Source of the DNA: an uncultured Bacteroidia bacterium
GTDB taxonomy: Bacteria; Bacteroidota; Bacteroidia; Bacteroidales; UBA932
Direction of reading: 5' to 3'
DNA length: 64,000 bases
Assembly (NCBI GenBank): GCA_902796555.1
Contig: CADBPR010000030.1
Location: 20 to 64,019, forward strand
Below the pieces are notes generated by a model that did not search any database, was not told the DNA's origin, and was given only the letters and a program-made list of their open reading frames with translations. Shown one piece after another: positions 20,321 to 30,994 of the stretch. The translations under genes were made by a program, and so were the position numbers. Position 1 is the first letter of the stretch, and each line of letters begins with the position of its first letter.

Positions 20321-21337
20321 ATGAACGCTTTTCTGCAAGAAATATACGGCCAGCCGGCCGCGCTGCGAGATACGGCCGCCTTCCTGCCGGGCTCGGGCGC
20401 CTTGGAAGAAGCCGCCCGTCTGTGGCGGACCGGCCGCTATACGCGCATCCTGCTGACCGGGATGGGCAGTTCCGATTTCATCGCCTCCGCGGGTGCGCTG
20501 ATGCTGTCGGAAGCGGGACTGCCGGCCACCTTCCTCAACGCCGGGGAATGGCTGCACTATGGTCCGGCGCAGGCGGAGAATGCGCTGACCGTCTGCATCT
20601 CCCAGTCCGGAGAAAGCTATGAAATCGTTCAGCTGCTGCCCCGCCTGCAGACCGTCGTCGCCATCTGCAACACCCCGGACAGCACCCTGGCCCGTCGTGC
20701 AGACTGCCTGCTGCTGACCCGGGCCGGGAAGGAGGAAATGACCTCCACCAAGACCTTCATCACGTCCTGGCAGGCGATGCTGCTGCTGTGCGAAGCCCTA
20801 ACCGGCCGCAGCGCCAGCTACGACTGGGCGGCCCTGGCCGAAACCCTACAGCAGGGTCTGCAGACCGATATCCGGCCCGCCCTGGCGCTGGTCGGCGACG
20901 CCCCCTTCCTGCAGCTGGTCGGCCGCGGTCCCGTCATGGCCGCCGTCAGCCAGAGCGCGTTGATGTGGATGGAGGCGGCGCATATTCCCGCTTCCGCCAT
21001 GAACGGAGGCAACTTCCGCCACGGGCCCCTGGAAATGGTCCGGCGCGGCCTGACCGTCCTGCTTTTCACCCATTCCCGGTCCCGTACCCATAACCAAAGC
21101 CTGCGTCTGGCACAGGATGTGCTGCAATTCGGCGGGAAAGTCATTCTCCTGAGTGACACGCCGGCCCTGCCGCCGCGGGAGCATCTGGTACAGTTGTGTA
21201 TCCCTTGTCCCTGCGAAGAGCTGTCCCCGATAACGACGGTGCTGCCTGTTCAGCTGCTGGTCAATGCCTGGGCGGAGGCGCAGGGGCTGACGCCCGGAGA
21301 TTTTAGCCATGGTGCAAAAGTAACGGTAAGCGAATGA
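20321..21337 (+). CDS. Double-SIS domain protein (GlmS-isomerase-like; hexosamine-6-phosphate deaminase/deglycase candidate)
   Basis: EIYGQP, TGMGSS, ISQSGES, STKTF, GRG, E..., FRHGPLE motifs; no glutaminase domain. Confidence 0.88.
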   Translation: MNAFLQEIYGQPAALRDTAAFLPGSGALEEAARLWRTGRYTRILLTGMGSSDFIASAGALMLSEAGLPATFLNAGEWLHYGPAQAENALTVCISQSGESYEIVQLLPRLQTVVAICNTPDSTLARRADCLLLTRAGKEEMTSTKTFITSWQAMLLLCEALTGRSASYDWAALAETLQQGLQTDIRPALALVGDAPFLQLVGRGPVMAAVSQSALMWMEAAHIPASAMNGGNFRHGPLEMVRRGLTVLLFTHSRSRTHNQSLRLAQDVLQFGGKVILLSDTPALPPREHLVQLCIPCPCEELSPITTVLPVQLLVNAWAEAQGLTPGDFSHGAKVTVSE

Positions 21338-24036
21338 AAAAACGTATTCTCGGTATCCTGATTCTGCTGCTGCCCGGACTGCTGCCGGCCCAGACGGTGC
21401 TGAAGGACTGGCGGATGCAAAGCACGCTGAAAGTGTCGGAAAGTGATGCGATCGTATCATCTTCCGGCTTTTCCGCTGAAAAATGGTACCCTGTCACCGT
21501 CCCTTCCACGGTGCTGTCCGCCCTGGTCAAGGAAGGGGTATACCCCGACCCCCGGGAAGGCATGGCCAACTTCACGATTCCCGATGTGTCGGACGCTTTC
21601 AATGAACGGCTCGGCATCCCGGGAGAAAACCTGTGGAAAGACCCCTGGTGGTACCGGACCGAATTTACGCTGGATGACCGGCTGCGGGAAAAAGACTTTA
21701 TCTGGCTGCACCTGGACGGCATCAATTACCGGGCGGACATCTGGCTGAACGGCCGCCTGGTGGCCGGCCATGACGAAGTCGTCGGCATGTTCCGCCGTTT
21801 CCGCTTCAATATCACGCCCTACCTGCGCGCCGGGCGTAACGTCCTGGCTGTCAAGGTCTGGCAGACGGACCATCCGGGCACCCCTTCCCCCGGCACGCAG
21901 TTTATCCTCTTCGGGCCGAACCGGGGCAATGCAGGAGACATTTTCCGGGACGAGACCCTGAAGATGTCCGGCGGATGGGACTGCGCCCCCGTGGTCCGGG
22001 ACCGGAACATGGGCCTCTGGCAGAAAGTCTGGCTCAGCGGCAGCGACGCCGTAACAGTCGAAGACCCCTATGTCACGACCCGCGTCAAGGGCCGCCTGGC
22101 CCACGTCAGTTTCAGCGCCACGGTCCGCAACCACAGCCGGAAAACCGTCCGCGGGACTTTTTCCGTCCGGATGACCCACTGTGACAGCCTCGACATGGGC
22201 GGCTGGACCAAACGGATGCCGGCCGCGTTCACCCCAGTACTGCGCAGCACGCCCGTCGTGCTGAAAGCCGGGGAAAGCCGGGAGGTGGCTTTCTACCCGG
22301 TGGAAATCGCCGACCCCTTGCTGTGGTTTCCCAACGGCTATGGTGAGCAGCACCTGCACCATGTGGAGATGGCGTTTACGATTCGGGACGAACTATCTGA
22401 TAAACAGGAATTTGACGTAGGACTGCGGGAAATAGAAACCGAACTGCTGGATACCGGCGGCGAAAAGGGCCTGGTTTTCCGCGTCAACGGACAGCGCATC
22501 TTCTGCAAAGGCGGCTGGCTCCAGCCCGATATGCTGCTGGACAACAGCCGGCAGAATATCTTCGACCAGGCCCGGCTGCTCGCCCATGCCCATGTCAACC
22601 TGGTCGGCAGCGAAGACATGCCGGCACCGCAGGAGGACTGGCTGGACAGCTGGGACCGTTACGGTCTGATGGACTGGCATGTGTTCTACCAGTGTTACCG
22701 CATGTTCCCCGGACGGGCCAACGCCCACAACCCGGACGACCACTCCTTGGCCGTGGCCTGCGCCCGGGATGAACTGTACCGCTACCGCAACCATGCCTGC
22801 ATCGCAGCCTGGTGCGGCGTGAATGAAGTCATGGTGGACGAAGACATCTATGCGCCCACGAAGGCCGCCTGCCGGGAAATCGACCCGTCCCGCCCCTTCA
22901 TCCCGACAACCAGCATCAGCTGGAACGTGGCCGAGCTGACGCCCTGGATTGCGGAGGACCTGCCCACCGGAACGACGGACGACGGCGCACCGGATTACAA
23001 CTGGGCACCATCCGATTATTATTTCGACAAGGTGGAAGAAGGACATCTGCAGGCCTTCCGGAATGAACTGGGAATGCCGGCCATGCCGGTCTACAGCAGT
23101 CTGGAGCGCTTCATTCCGACCCTGGACAAACCTTTCGATATCCGGGACCGCCTCTTCCCGCTGGACAGCATCTGGGCGGAACACGGGGCCTGGGACGCCA
23201 ACAATTTCTGCTACCGTGCTTATGACAGCGCCATCCGCACCTTCTACAGCGACCCGGTCAGCGCCCGCGACTACGTGCGCAAAGGACAGATGGTCAGTGC
23301 GGAAGGATACCGGGCCATGTACGAAGCGGCCAACCACCGGATGTGGGAAGGCACCACCGGCGTCATGCTCTGGAAACTGAACGCCTGCTGGCCGGACGTA
23401 TGCTGGCAGATATACGACTGGTATCTGGAACCCAACGCCGCCTACTGGTTCGCCCGCAAGGCGATGGAACCGGTTCATATCCAATACAATGCCAACAGCC
23501 ATCAGGTCAGCGTCATCAATGCCTCGCCCCAGGCCCTTTCAGGCGTGACGGCCCGTGTGTCCGTCCTCGGCAACGACCTCCGGGAGCACTGGCGCTGGAG
23601 CGGCACCGTCGATGTGGCGGAAGGCAGTTTCCGCGAACTGGTCCGAGTCCCCTACCTGCCCGGCATCAACGCCGTACGGCTGCTTCGCCTGACCCTGGAA
23701 AACGCCGCAGGCGAACTTCTTTCCGAAAACCTGTACTGGCATTATACCCAGCACCAGAACTATTATTGGCTGACCACCCTGCCCCGGGTCGAGATGCTGG
23801 AAGGCATGGAACTGCGGACGGAGGACAGGGAAAACGTCCTGCGCATCACCCTGCACAACGGCAGCCGTCAGCTCAGTTTCTTCAACCATCTCGAATTGAA
23901 ATGTAACGGAAAACGGGTCACCCCTGTTTTTTGGAGCGATAATTTTGTAACTTTGTTCCCCGGTGAAACCCAAATCATTGAAGCACGTTTCTCCCGTGAA
24001 CAATGGCAAGGAAAAATAGAACTATGCATAGACTGA
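21334..24036 (+). CDS. Glycoside hydrolase family 2 (beta-mannosidase/exo-beta-glucosaminidase branch)
   Basis: Signal peptide; VPSTVL, DGINYRA, GWD..P..RDRNMGLW, WFPNGYG, RNHACIAAWCGVNE (acid/base), NELG (nucleophile), W..N..WP...WQIYDWY. Confidence 0.92.
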   Translation: MKKRILGILILLLPGLLPAQTVLKDWRMQSTLKVSESDAIVSSSGFSAEKWYPVTVPSTVLSALVKEGVYPDPREGMANFTIPDVSDAFNERLGIPGENLWKDPWWYRTEFTLDDRLREKDFIWLHLDGINYRADIWLNGRLVAGHDEVVGMFRRFRFNITPYLRAGRNVLAVKVWQTDHPGTPSPGTQFILFGPNRGNAGDIFRDETLKMSGGWDCAPVVRDRNMGLWQKVWLSGSDAVTVEDPYVTTRVKGRLAHVSFSATVRNHSRKTVRGTFSVRMTHCDSLDMGGWTKRMPAAFTPVLRSTPVVLKAGESREVAFYPVEIADPLLWFPNGYGEQHLHHVEMAFTIRDELSDKQEFDVGLREIETELLDTGGEKGLVFRVNGQRIFCKGGWLQPDMLLDNSRQNIFDQARLLAHAHVNLVGSEDMPAPQEDWLDSWDRYGLMDWHVFYQCYRMFPGRANAHNPDDHSLAVACARDELYRYRNHACIAAWCGVNEVMVDEDIYAPTKAACREIDPSRPFIPTTSISWNVAELTPWIAEDLPTGTTDDGAPDYNWAPSDYYFDKVEEGHLQAFRNELGMPAMPVYSSLERFIPTLDKPFDIRDRLFPLDSIWAEHGAWDANNFCYRAYDSAIRTFYSDPVSARDYVRKGQMVSAEGYRAMYEAANHRMWEGTTGVMLWKLNACWPDVCWQIYDWYLEPNAAYWFARKAMEPVHIQYNANSHQVSVINASPQALSGVTARVSVLGNDLREHWRWSGTVDVAEGSFRELVRVPYLPGINAVRLLRLTLENAAGELLSENLYWHYTQHQNYYWLTTLPRVEMLEGMELRTEDRENVLRITLHNGSRQLSFFNHLELKCNGKRVTPVFWSDNFVTLFPGETQIIEARFSREQWQGKIELCID

Positions 24037-25514
24037 GATACGCCTGTTCCCTGCTCCTGGTCCTGGCCTTGTCGGCCTGCCGCCAGAGCGTCGCCGACTT
24101 TGTCCCCGGCGTGATTCCACGCCCGCAGGAAGCCGTTTTTTATGCCGACACCTGCTTGCATCCGGACCGGATTCGCCGTGAAAAGGGCTTTCTGGGCCCC
24201 GAAGACTATACCCTTCGGATTCGCAGGAACGGAATCCTGATTGCAGCTTCCGGAGAGGCCGGCTATGCCTACGCCCTGCAGACCCTCGCCCAACTGCGGG
24301 AGGCCGGTCCGCTGCACGTCGGCACCATTACGGACCGTCCCCGCTACGGCTGGCGCGGCCTGATGCTGGATGAAGCCCGCCATTTTTCCGGCAAGGAAAG
24401 GGTCAAACTGCTGCTGGATGAAATGGCCCGGCTCAAGCTCAACCGTTTCCACTGGCACCTGACCGACGCACAAGGATGGCGCATCGAAATCAAGGCTTAT
24501 CCCAATCTGACCGGGACCGGAGCCGTCGGCAACCACAGCGACCCGGACGCCCCCGCCCTTTATTATACCCAGGAAGATATCCGCGAAATCGTGGCCTATG
24601 CAGCCGAGCGGCATATCGCGGTGATTCCCGAAATCGACATGCCGGGCCATGCCTCGGCCGCCTGCCGTTCCTATCCCCAATATGCCGGCGGCGATGCCTA
24701 CGGTTTCACCTTCAACCCGGGCAAAGAAGAAACCTACACCTTCCTGACGGACATTCTGCGGGAAGTGGCCGGCCTCTTCCCGGCGCCCTGGCTGCATATC
24801 GGCGGCGACGAAGTCAGCTACGGCAGCGAGGCCTGGACGGCGAATCCCGATATCCGCGCCCTGATGCAGCGCGAGGACCTCGCCGACATCAAAGCGGTGG
24901 AACGCTATTTCATGCACCGGATGGCGGATTCCGTCAAGGTACTCGGCAAGACCCTGATTGCCTGGGACGACGCCTATGACGTCGGCATCGGTCCGCAGGG
25001 CGAAATCATCGACTGGTGGCGGCATGACCGGCCCGACAAACTGCGCCGGCTCGCCGCGGCGGACATCAGCACCATCCTCTGCCCCCGCCGTCCCCTGTAT
25101 TTCGATTTCATCCAGGACAGCACCCATGTCGCCGGACGCGAATGGGACGGCTTCAACTCCCTGGACGATGTATACGGCTTCCCGGAGAACCGCTTTTCCC
25201 AGTGGGAACTGACCGACAACGACCTCGTCAGCGTACTGGGCATCCAAGCCAACCTGTGGACCGAGACCACCCAGAATACCGACCGGGTGGATTTCATGAT
25301 TTTCCCGCGCATCTGCGCCCTGGCCGAAGCGGCCTGGACCCTGCCCGAGCACAAGGATTTCCCGTCCTTCCGGCAGCGCCTGGACCGTGAATACGCCCGC
25401 TACGATGCCCTGGGCATCTATTATTTCGACGAACGCGACCCGGCCCGCCATCCTGAACCGGCCGGTCCGGTCGTGCTGCCGCAAAAACCCATCAGCCTGT
25501 ATCTCCATGAGTAA
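24024..25514 (+). CDS. GH20 beta-N-acetylhexosaminidase, lipoprotein
   Basis: Lipobox LSAC; RGLMLDEARHF, FHWHLTD.QGWR, PEIDMPGH, HIGGDE catalytic motif, LWTE. Confidence 0.95.
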   Translation: MHRLRYACSLLLVLALSACRQSVADFVPGVIPRPQEAVFYADTCLHPDRIRREKGFLGPEDYTLRIRRNGILIAASGEAGYAYALQTLAQLREAGPLHVGTITDRPRYGWRGLMLDEARHFSGKERVKLLLDEMARLKLNRFHWHLTDAQGWRIEIKAYPNLTGTGAVGNHSDPDAPALYYTQEDIREIVAYAAERHIAVIPEIDMPGHASAACRSYPQYAGGDAYGFTFNPGKEETYTFLTDILREVAGLFPAPWLHIGGDEVSYGSEAWTANPDIRALMQREDLADIKAVERYFMHRMADSVKVLGKTLIAWDDAYDVGIGPQGEIIDWWRHDRPDKLRRLAAADISTILCPRRPLYFDFIQDSTHVAGREWDGFNSLDDVYGFPENRFSQWELTDNDLVSVLGIQANLWTETTQNTDRVDFMIFPRICALAEAAWTLPEHKDFPSFRQRLDREYARYDALGIYYFDERDPARHPEPAGPVVLPQKPISLYLHE

Positions 25515-27642
25515 ACGGCTGACACTGGTCCTTCTGCTGCTGGCCGCCTTCACGGCGGTCCGCGCGCAGGTCGTCCTCGAAAACGCCACCATGCGGCTGA
25601 CGCTCGGGGAAGACGGACAGGTGTACAGTCTGCTGTGCAAAGATACCGGCGAAGAATGTCTGGAAGGACCCGTCCCGCTGTGTACCGTCACCCAGGAGCG
25701 GCCCTATGACAATGAGAACTTCCTGATGATGCCGGCCAAACCGGTCGTATTCCCGTCCAATCACTTGGAATACCGTGACGGTCAGCTGTTTGTGACATTT
25801 GAAGGGACCTATGACATTGCCGTCATCGATGTCCGGCTGGAAGATGCTTATATCGGCCTGCGCCTGGCCCGCCGCGACTACCGCATCGAGAACATGGGCG
25901 TCAAGCGCAAGACCGAGCTGGATGCCTTCGCCCTGGCACAGCTGGCGGTCCGCCGGCGGGCGCATTTCGGAGCCTGGCTGAATGTCACCTGGGACGACCG
26001 GACGGCTGTCTGCCTGATGGGCGTCGACCCGAAAACCCGCATCGACTGTCTGGGCAATACCTTTTATGCCGGGCTTGAAAGCGCGGTCGGCATGGACAGC
26101 CGGGGGGCGGTCCTGATTGCCGCCGCCACCGAACGTTTCCTGGACGTGGTCGACCGGGTGGAACGGGATTACGGCCTGCCGCTCGGCGTGGAAAGCCGTC
26201 GCCGCAAGGGGTACAGCGATTCCTATTATGAACTGCGGGACGTCACCCCGGAGAACCTGGACCGGCATATCGCCTATGCCCGGCAGGGCGGATTCCGGGC
26301 GATGGTCCTGTATTATACCGATTTTGCCGCGACCTGCGGCCATTACACCTGGAAAGCAGGCTTCGACCGGGAAACATTGGTGACGCTCTGCCGCCGCATC
26401 CGGGAGGCCGGCTTCGACCTGGGTTTCCACATCCACTATTCCAAAGTCTCCGTTACCGACCCGTATATCAATGACGGGGTACCGGACACGCGCCTGGCCT
26501 ATGTCAAGGACCTGGTCCTGGCGGAGCCGGTCGGACCGGAGGACAGCGAAATCCTGCTGGAGACCGCCCCGGAAGGGCTCCGGACCGAAGACGGCCGCCG
26601 GCTGGTCCACCTCGGGGACGAACTGATTGCCTATGACGCGTTCACTTCGCAGCGGCCCTACCGGCTGACCGGCTGCCGGCGCGGCATGTACAACAGCAAG
26701 GCAGCCCCGCATCCGAAAGGCAGTATTGCCCGGCAGCCCGATGTCGATGACTGGCCCCTGTTCATCCGAATCAGCCAGGACAACGGTCTGCAGGACGAAA
26801 TCGCGGAACGGCTGGCCGCCCTGTACCGGGACTGCGGTTTCAACTTCGTCTATTTCGACGGAGCGGAAGACGTACCGCCCCCCTATTGGTACAATGTCTC
26901 CCGTTCCCAAAAAAGAGTTTTCGACCGGCTCTCGCCTGCCCCCATCTATGCGGAAGGCGCCCTGAAATCCCATTTCGGCTGGCATATCCTGAGCCGGGGC
27001 AATGCTTTCGACCTGTTCCGGCCGGAACAGATACGCTCCGCCATGAAACGGTATACCCTGCGCTGCGCCCGGGAGATTGCCGATGATTTCACCTCGGTGG
27101 ATTTCGGATGGGTGGACAGCGTCGCCCCCGACAGTACGACGGCGGGCATGCAGCCGGACACCTACGACTACATCTGCAGCAAGGCCCTGGCCTGGAACGC
27201 CCCGATTTCCCTGATGGGCAAGCTGGATGTCCTGGATAAGCATCCCCGGACGGCGGACAACCTGCAGGTCATCCGGGCGTGGGAAGAAGCCAAACGGGAA
27301 GGCCGCTTCACCGAGGCTGAGAAGGCTCTGCTGCGGGATCCGGACCGGGAATGGACCCTGATCGGGGGCCGGCTCTATGAATGCCTTCACCTGCTGGACG
27401 ACGGTCCCGTCCGCGGAGTCGTCCTGTACCGGAACGGGCGCTACTGCCTGTTGTACTGGCATTTGTACGGAGAAGGGACCCTGGCGCTGCCACTGGAAGG
27501 GAATGTGCGGCTGACGGACCTGGACGGCCGGCGAATCCGCTGCAGGAAAGGCCTGTACCCCGCCGGGGAAAGACGGCTGCTGGAAACGGATGCCGGTGAA
27601 TCCGCATTGTTACACGCATGGAAAAACAAGACTGTCTTATGA
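25507..27642 (+). CDS. Secreted protein of unknown function, probable TIM-barrel glycoside hydrolase-like
   Basis: Signal peptide; GFHIH and FNFVYFDGAED segments resemble clan GH-D barrel strands; PUL context. Confidence 0.55.
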   Translation: MSKRLTLVLLLLAAFTAVRAQVVLENATMRLTLGEDGQVYSLLCKDTGEECLEGPVPLCTVTQERPYDNENFLMMPAKPVVFPSNHLEYRDGQLFVTFEGTYDIAVIDVRLEDAYIGLRLARRDYRIENMGVKRKTELDAFALAQLAVRRRAHFGAWLNVTWDDRTAVCLMGVDPKTRIDCLGNTFYAGLESAVGMDSRGAVLIAAATERFLDVVDRVERDYGLPLGVESRRRKGYSDSYYELRDVTPENLDRHIAYARQGGFRAMVLYYTDFAATCGHYTWKAGFDRETLVTLCRRIREAGFDLGFHIHYSKVSVTDPYINDGVPDTRLAYVKDLVLAEPVGPEDSEILLETAPEGLRTEDGRRLVHLGDELIAYDAFTSQRPYRLTGCRRGMYNSKAAPHPKGSIARQPDVDDWPLFIRISQDNGLQDEIAERLAALYRDCGFNFVYFDGAEDVPPPYWYNVSRSQKRVFDRLSPAPIYAEGALKSHFGWHILSRGNAFDLFRPEQIRSAMKRYTLRCAREIADDFTSVDFGWVDSVAPDSTTAGMQPDTYDYICSKALAWNAPISLMGKLDVLDKHPRTADNLQVIRAWEEAKREGRFTEAEKALLRDPDREWTLIGGRLYECLHLLDDGPVRGVVLYRNGRYCLLYWHLYGEGTLALPLEGNVRLTDLDGRRIRCRKGLYPAGERRLLETDAGESALLHAWKNKTVL

Positions 27643-29609
27643 TAAACGGAAAAAGAATCTTCCTCCTGCTGTCCGCCTGCCTGCTCTGTCTCAGTGCGCA
27701 GGCGGGAGAACTGATCCTGAAGAACGCCCATGCCGAACTTCGGTTCGACGATGGCAAACAATTCGTTTTCAAGAGCTTCCGGATGGAAGGCAAGGAATTG
27801 CTGCCCGCTGGCGGAAGCAGGGTGCATCCCTGGGAAATCACCCTGCTGGGGCCCAAAGGCGAAACACCGGCCCTGCAGCCCCGCTGGGCCTGGTATGACG
27901 GCGGCGTCCTGGAGGGCGATACGGCCGTTTTCTCCTGGCGCCTTTTCCTGAACGGTCGGGACAACTGGCCGCTCCGGGTCAAAGTCACGCTGGGCGCCGA
28001 CGCCGAATTGCCCCAATGGTCCATTGAAGCGCAACTACCTGAAGGATGGGTGGTTACAACGTTGGATTTTCCGCGCATCACCCTCTCCCAACCGACAGGC
28101 GGGAAAGCCGTCCTGCCCGTGGGATACGGAACCGAATACAACCTGGGCGGTACCTTGCGCTCCGACTACCCTTCCTGCACCGGTTCGATGCAGATGGTGC
28201 TGGTCCACAATGCCGAAGGCTGTCTCTATTATGCCGCGGAAGATCCGGATGCCAACCGGAAATCCTTCGTGGTCGCCTCAGACGGGCAGGGTGTGACCCT
28301 TTCCCAGCCCATTATCGCCTCCTATGCCTGGACCGCTCCGGACGGACACTTCGCCCTCCCCTGGCATACGGTTCTGGGATACCGGGCTGAAGACTGGACC
28401 CGGACCGCCTTGCACTGGTACCGGCCCTTCGCCCTGTCCACGCAGTGGGGCGCCCGCAACGTTAAGGACCGTAAGATTGTGTCCTGGGTGGAACATGCCG
28501 ACATGTGGCTGCGCCCCGGTGACGTCTCGGAAAAGACGATGAACGCCCTGCGGCAGGCCCTGGACCTGTATGGCCCCGGAACCGGCCTGCATTGGTATTA
28601 TTGGCACAAATACCCCTTCGATACGAATTATCCCGACTACCTGCCCGCGCAGCAAGGTTTCGCCGACATGGTGCGGGAAGCCCGTTCCCTGGGCGCCTAT
28701 GTCACCCCTTATATCAACGGCCGCCTCTGGGACCCGGCCAATGAGACCTATGATCGGTACAACGGTGCAGCCGCGTCCTGTCGCAAGACGGACGGCAGCC
28801 TGTATACCGAGGTATACGGTTCCAAAGCCGTCAATACCGTCACCTGCCCCGCCTCCCCGATCTGGCAGGAGCGGATGAAGGCCGTCTGCGGCGATATTCT
28901 CCGCGACCTGAAAACGGACGGCGTCTATATCGACCAGATCGGAGCCGCCATCGGCGAGCCCTGCTATGCCGACCATCACCCCCATCCCAAGGGTGCAGGT
29001 GCCTGGTGGCCCGCCGCCTACCGCCGGATGCTGAACGACATGCGCGCCGAGCTGTTTACCCGCAAGCAGGCCCTCACAACGGAAGAGAACGCCGAATGTT
29101 ACATCGACTTGTTTGACATGTTGCTGGTCGTCAACTCTCCGCACAATGCCTGGACCCGGATGGTCCCGCTGTTCCCGCTGATTTACTCGGACCGCTGCGT
29201 ATACAGCGGATATACCTATATCCCGGATGACCTGGGGCACCATGTGATGGACTTCATCTCCATGAAAAGCCTCCTGTGGGGCTCCCAGCTGGGCTGGGTG
29301 GCGCCGACCATCCTGATGAATTTCCCGCAGCAGGCCCGTTTCCTGAAGAATCTGACGGATTTCCGGAAATCCGCCCACGACCTCTTCTTCGGCGGACGAT
29401 TCCTCGGGGAACTCGTTCCCGGCGGCGACAACCCGCAGGTGGAGGTCCCCGGCTATGAACGCACGCCGGTTGTCATGGGTGCGACCTGGGCCGACGCCCG
29501 TGGCCGCCAGGCTGTCGTGCTGGTGAATATGGACGGCGCCGCCCATACGGTTTCCCTCCCTGACGGAAGAACGGTGGAAGTGCCGGGTTATAATGCTGTA
29601 AGATTATGA
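27639..29609 (+). CDS. DUF6259 family secreted GH-like protein
   Basis: Signal peptide; HWYYWH..PFDTNYPDY.P, PYINGRLWD, CPAS..W, DGVYIDQIGAA, TEENAE. Confidence 0.75.
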   Translation: MINGKRIFLLLSACLLCLSAQAGELILKNAHAELRFDDGKQFVFKSFRMEGKELLPAGGSRVHPWEITLLGPKGETPALQPRWAWYDGGVLEGDTAVFSWRLFLNGRDNWPLRVKVTLGADAELPQWSIEAQLPEGWVVTTLDFPRITLSQPTGGKAVLPVGYGTEYNLGGTLRSDYPSCTGSMQMVLVHNAEGCLYYAAEDPDANRKSFVVASDGQGVTLSQPIIASYAWTAPDGHFALPWHTVLGYRAEDWTRTALHWYRPFALSTQWGARNVKDRKIVSWVEHADMWLRPGDVSEKTMNALRQALDLYGPGTGLHWYYWHKYPFDTNYPDYLPAQQGFADMVREARSLGAYVTPYINGRLWDPANETYDRYNGAAASCRKTDGSLYTEVYGSKAVNTVTCPASPIWQERMKAVCGDILRDLKTDGVYIDQIGAAIGEPCYADHHPHPKGAGAWWPAAYRRMLNDMRAELFTRKQALTTEENAECYIDLFDMLLVVNSPHNAWTRMVPLFPLIYSDRCVYSGYTYIPDDLGHHVMDFISMKSLLWGSQLGWVAPTILMNFPQQARFLKNLTDFRKSAHDLFFGGRFLGELVPGGDNPQVEVPGYERTPVVMGATWADARGRQAVVLVNMDGAAHTVSLPDGRTVEVPGYNAVRL

Positions 29610-30994
29610 GATTCAAGTATTTCGTTATTTGCCTGATGGGGCTGGCCGCCTGTTCGCAGCCGCCCCGGGAGATTCCCCAGTGGAACATGGGCGACCCCTC
29701 GGAAGAGCCTGCGCAAACGCCTTCTGCCGAGCCGTCCGCCGAGCCTTCCGCCGAGCCCTCCCAGAATCCGCAGCCCCCGCAGCGGGAGTACCCGGAGACG
29801 GACCGCGTCACCCTCACCGGCTGCACGGCCGACGACTGCGGCATCAGCGCTGTCTATACGCTGGACGACGCTGCCGGTTATGCCTATGGCCTGTACTGGA
29901 CGAACGGCAGCCAAGAATACCGCCAGGCCGGTCCTGCCGAAAAGGACGGCCGCGTCTTCCAGCTGATTCCTGCCGCGCTGCTTAACCATGACGACACCTG
30001 GTCGGTGCGGGTCTATCTCAGCAAGGACGGCGAGGAAGTCTTCTCCCCCGCCCGCGAAGTAACCCTTCTCCCGGCGCCGGAACCGATTCAGCTGGAATGG
30101 AAGCGGCTGACCAAAGGGGTGCTGCCCGAGGCCATCCAGCTCTATGAGACCACCTCGCCCGTCAACGGACGGAACTTCCACGCCTGGTACGCCGTCGCCG
30201 ACCTGTCGGCCGTGGACGTAAAGGTCAATGTGCCGACGGAGGCGCAGACCATCGAAGACCAGGCCGCCGCGAACAAGAAATGCATCGTCCTCATCAACGG
30301 CGGTTATTTCTACAACGGCCGTCATACCGGACTGGCCGTCGTGGACGGACGGCAGACCGGAAGCGTCCCTTCCGTGCGCGGTTCCCTGCGTTCCGGAGAC
30401 CCGGAATACAATGAAATGTACACCGTTACGCGCGGTCTGTTCGGCGTGGATGCCGCCGGAAAGCCGGCCGTCTGCTGGGCCGGCAGCGCCAACAGCCAGT
30501 CCTGGTACTACGACCGTCCCCTGCCTTCCGTCCGCGGAGAAAACAAATACGGCCCCGTCAGCACGGTCAGCCCGGACGTACCGCTGAACTGGACGCCGGT
30601 CCAGGCCCTCAGCGCCGGGCCCGTCCTGCTCAAGAACGGACAGATTCTCGTCAATTTCAACGAAACGGACAAAGGAACGGAGTACTACCTGAACAATGTC
30701 GAAATCATGCCGTATGACATCTACGGGCCGGGGAGCATCTGTGACAGGACCGCCGTGGGGTGTCTGGATGACGGCCGCGTGGTCTTCTTCATCTGCGACG
30801 GACGCATCAGCGACAGCCCGGGTCTGAACCTGCAGGAACTGGCCAGCGTCCTCCTGGGAATCGGATGCACCGATGCCGTCAATTTCGACGGGGGCGGCTC
30901 CACCGGCATGATGGTGGGGACTTTGCACATCGGCGACCAGACCGCGGAAAAGAGCCGTAAAGTTGTATCAACCATAGGATTTTATCGAAAATGA
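29606..30994 (+). CDS. Phosphodiester glycosidase (NAGPA/DUF2233 family) lipoprotein
   Basis: Lipobox LAAC; INGGYF, AGP.LL.NG, RTAVG, DGR..S.G..L.ELA, GC.DAVNFDGGGST. Confidence 0.9.
   Translation: MRFKYFVICLMGLAACSQPPREIPQWNMGDPSEEPAQTPSAEPSAEPSAEPSQNPQPPQREYPETDRVTLTGCTADDCGISAVYTLDDAAGYAYGLYWTNGSQEYRQAGPAEKDGRVFQLIPAALLNHDDTWSVRVYLSKDGEEVFSPAREVTLLPAPEPIQLEWKRLTKGVLPEAIQLYETTSPVNGRNFHAWYAVADLSAVDVKVNVPTEAQTIEDQAAANKKCIVLINGGYFYNGRHTGLAVVDGRQTGSVPSVRGSLRSGDPEYNEMYTVTRGLFGVDAAGKPAVCWAGSANSQSWYYDRPLPSVRGENKYGPVSTVSPDVPLNWTPVQALSAGPVLLKNGQILVNFNETDKGTEYYLNNVEIMPYDIYGPGSICDRTAVGCLDDGRVVFFICDGRISDSPGLNLQELASVLLGIGCTDAVNFDGGGSTGMMVGTLHIGDQTAEKSRKVVSTIGFYRK
29720..29761 (+). repeat. 12-bp coding tandem repeat (PSAE x3) in the lipoprotein tether
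   Basis: ccttctgccgag-ccgtccgccgag-ccttccgccgag-ccctcc. Confidence 0.8.
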
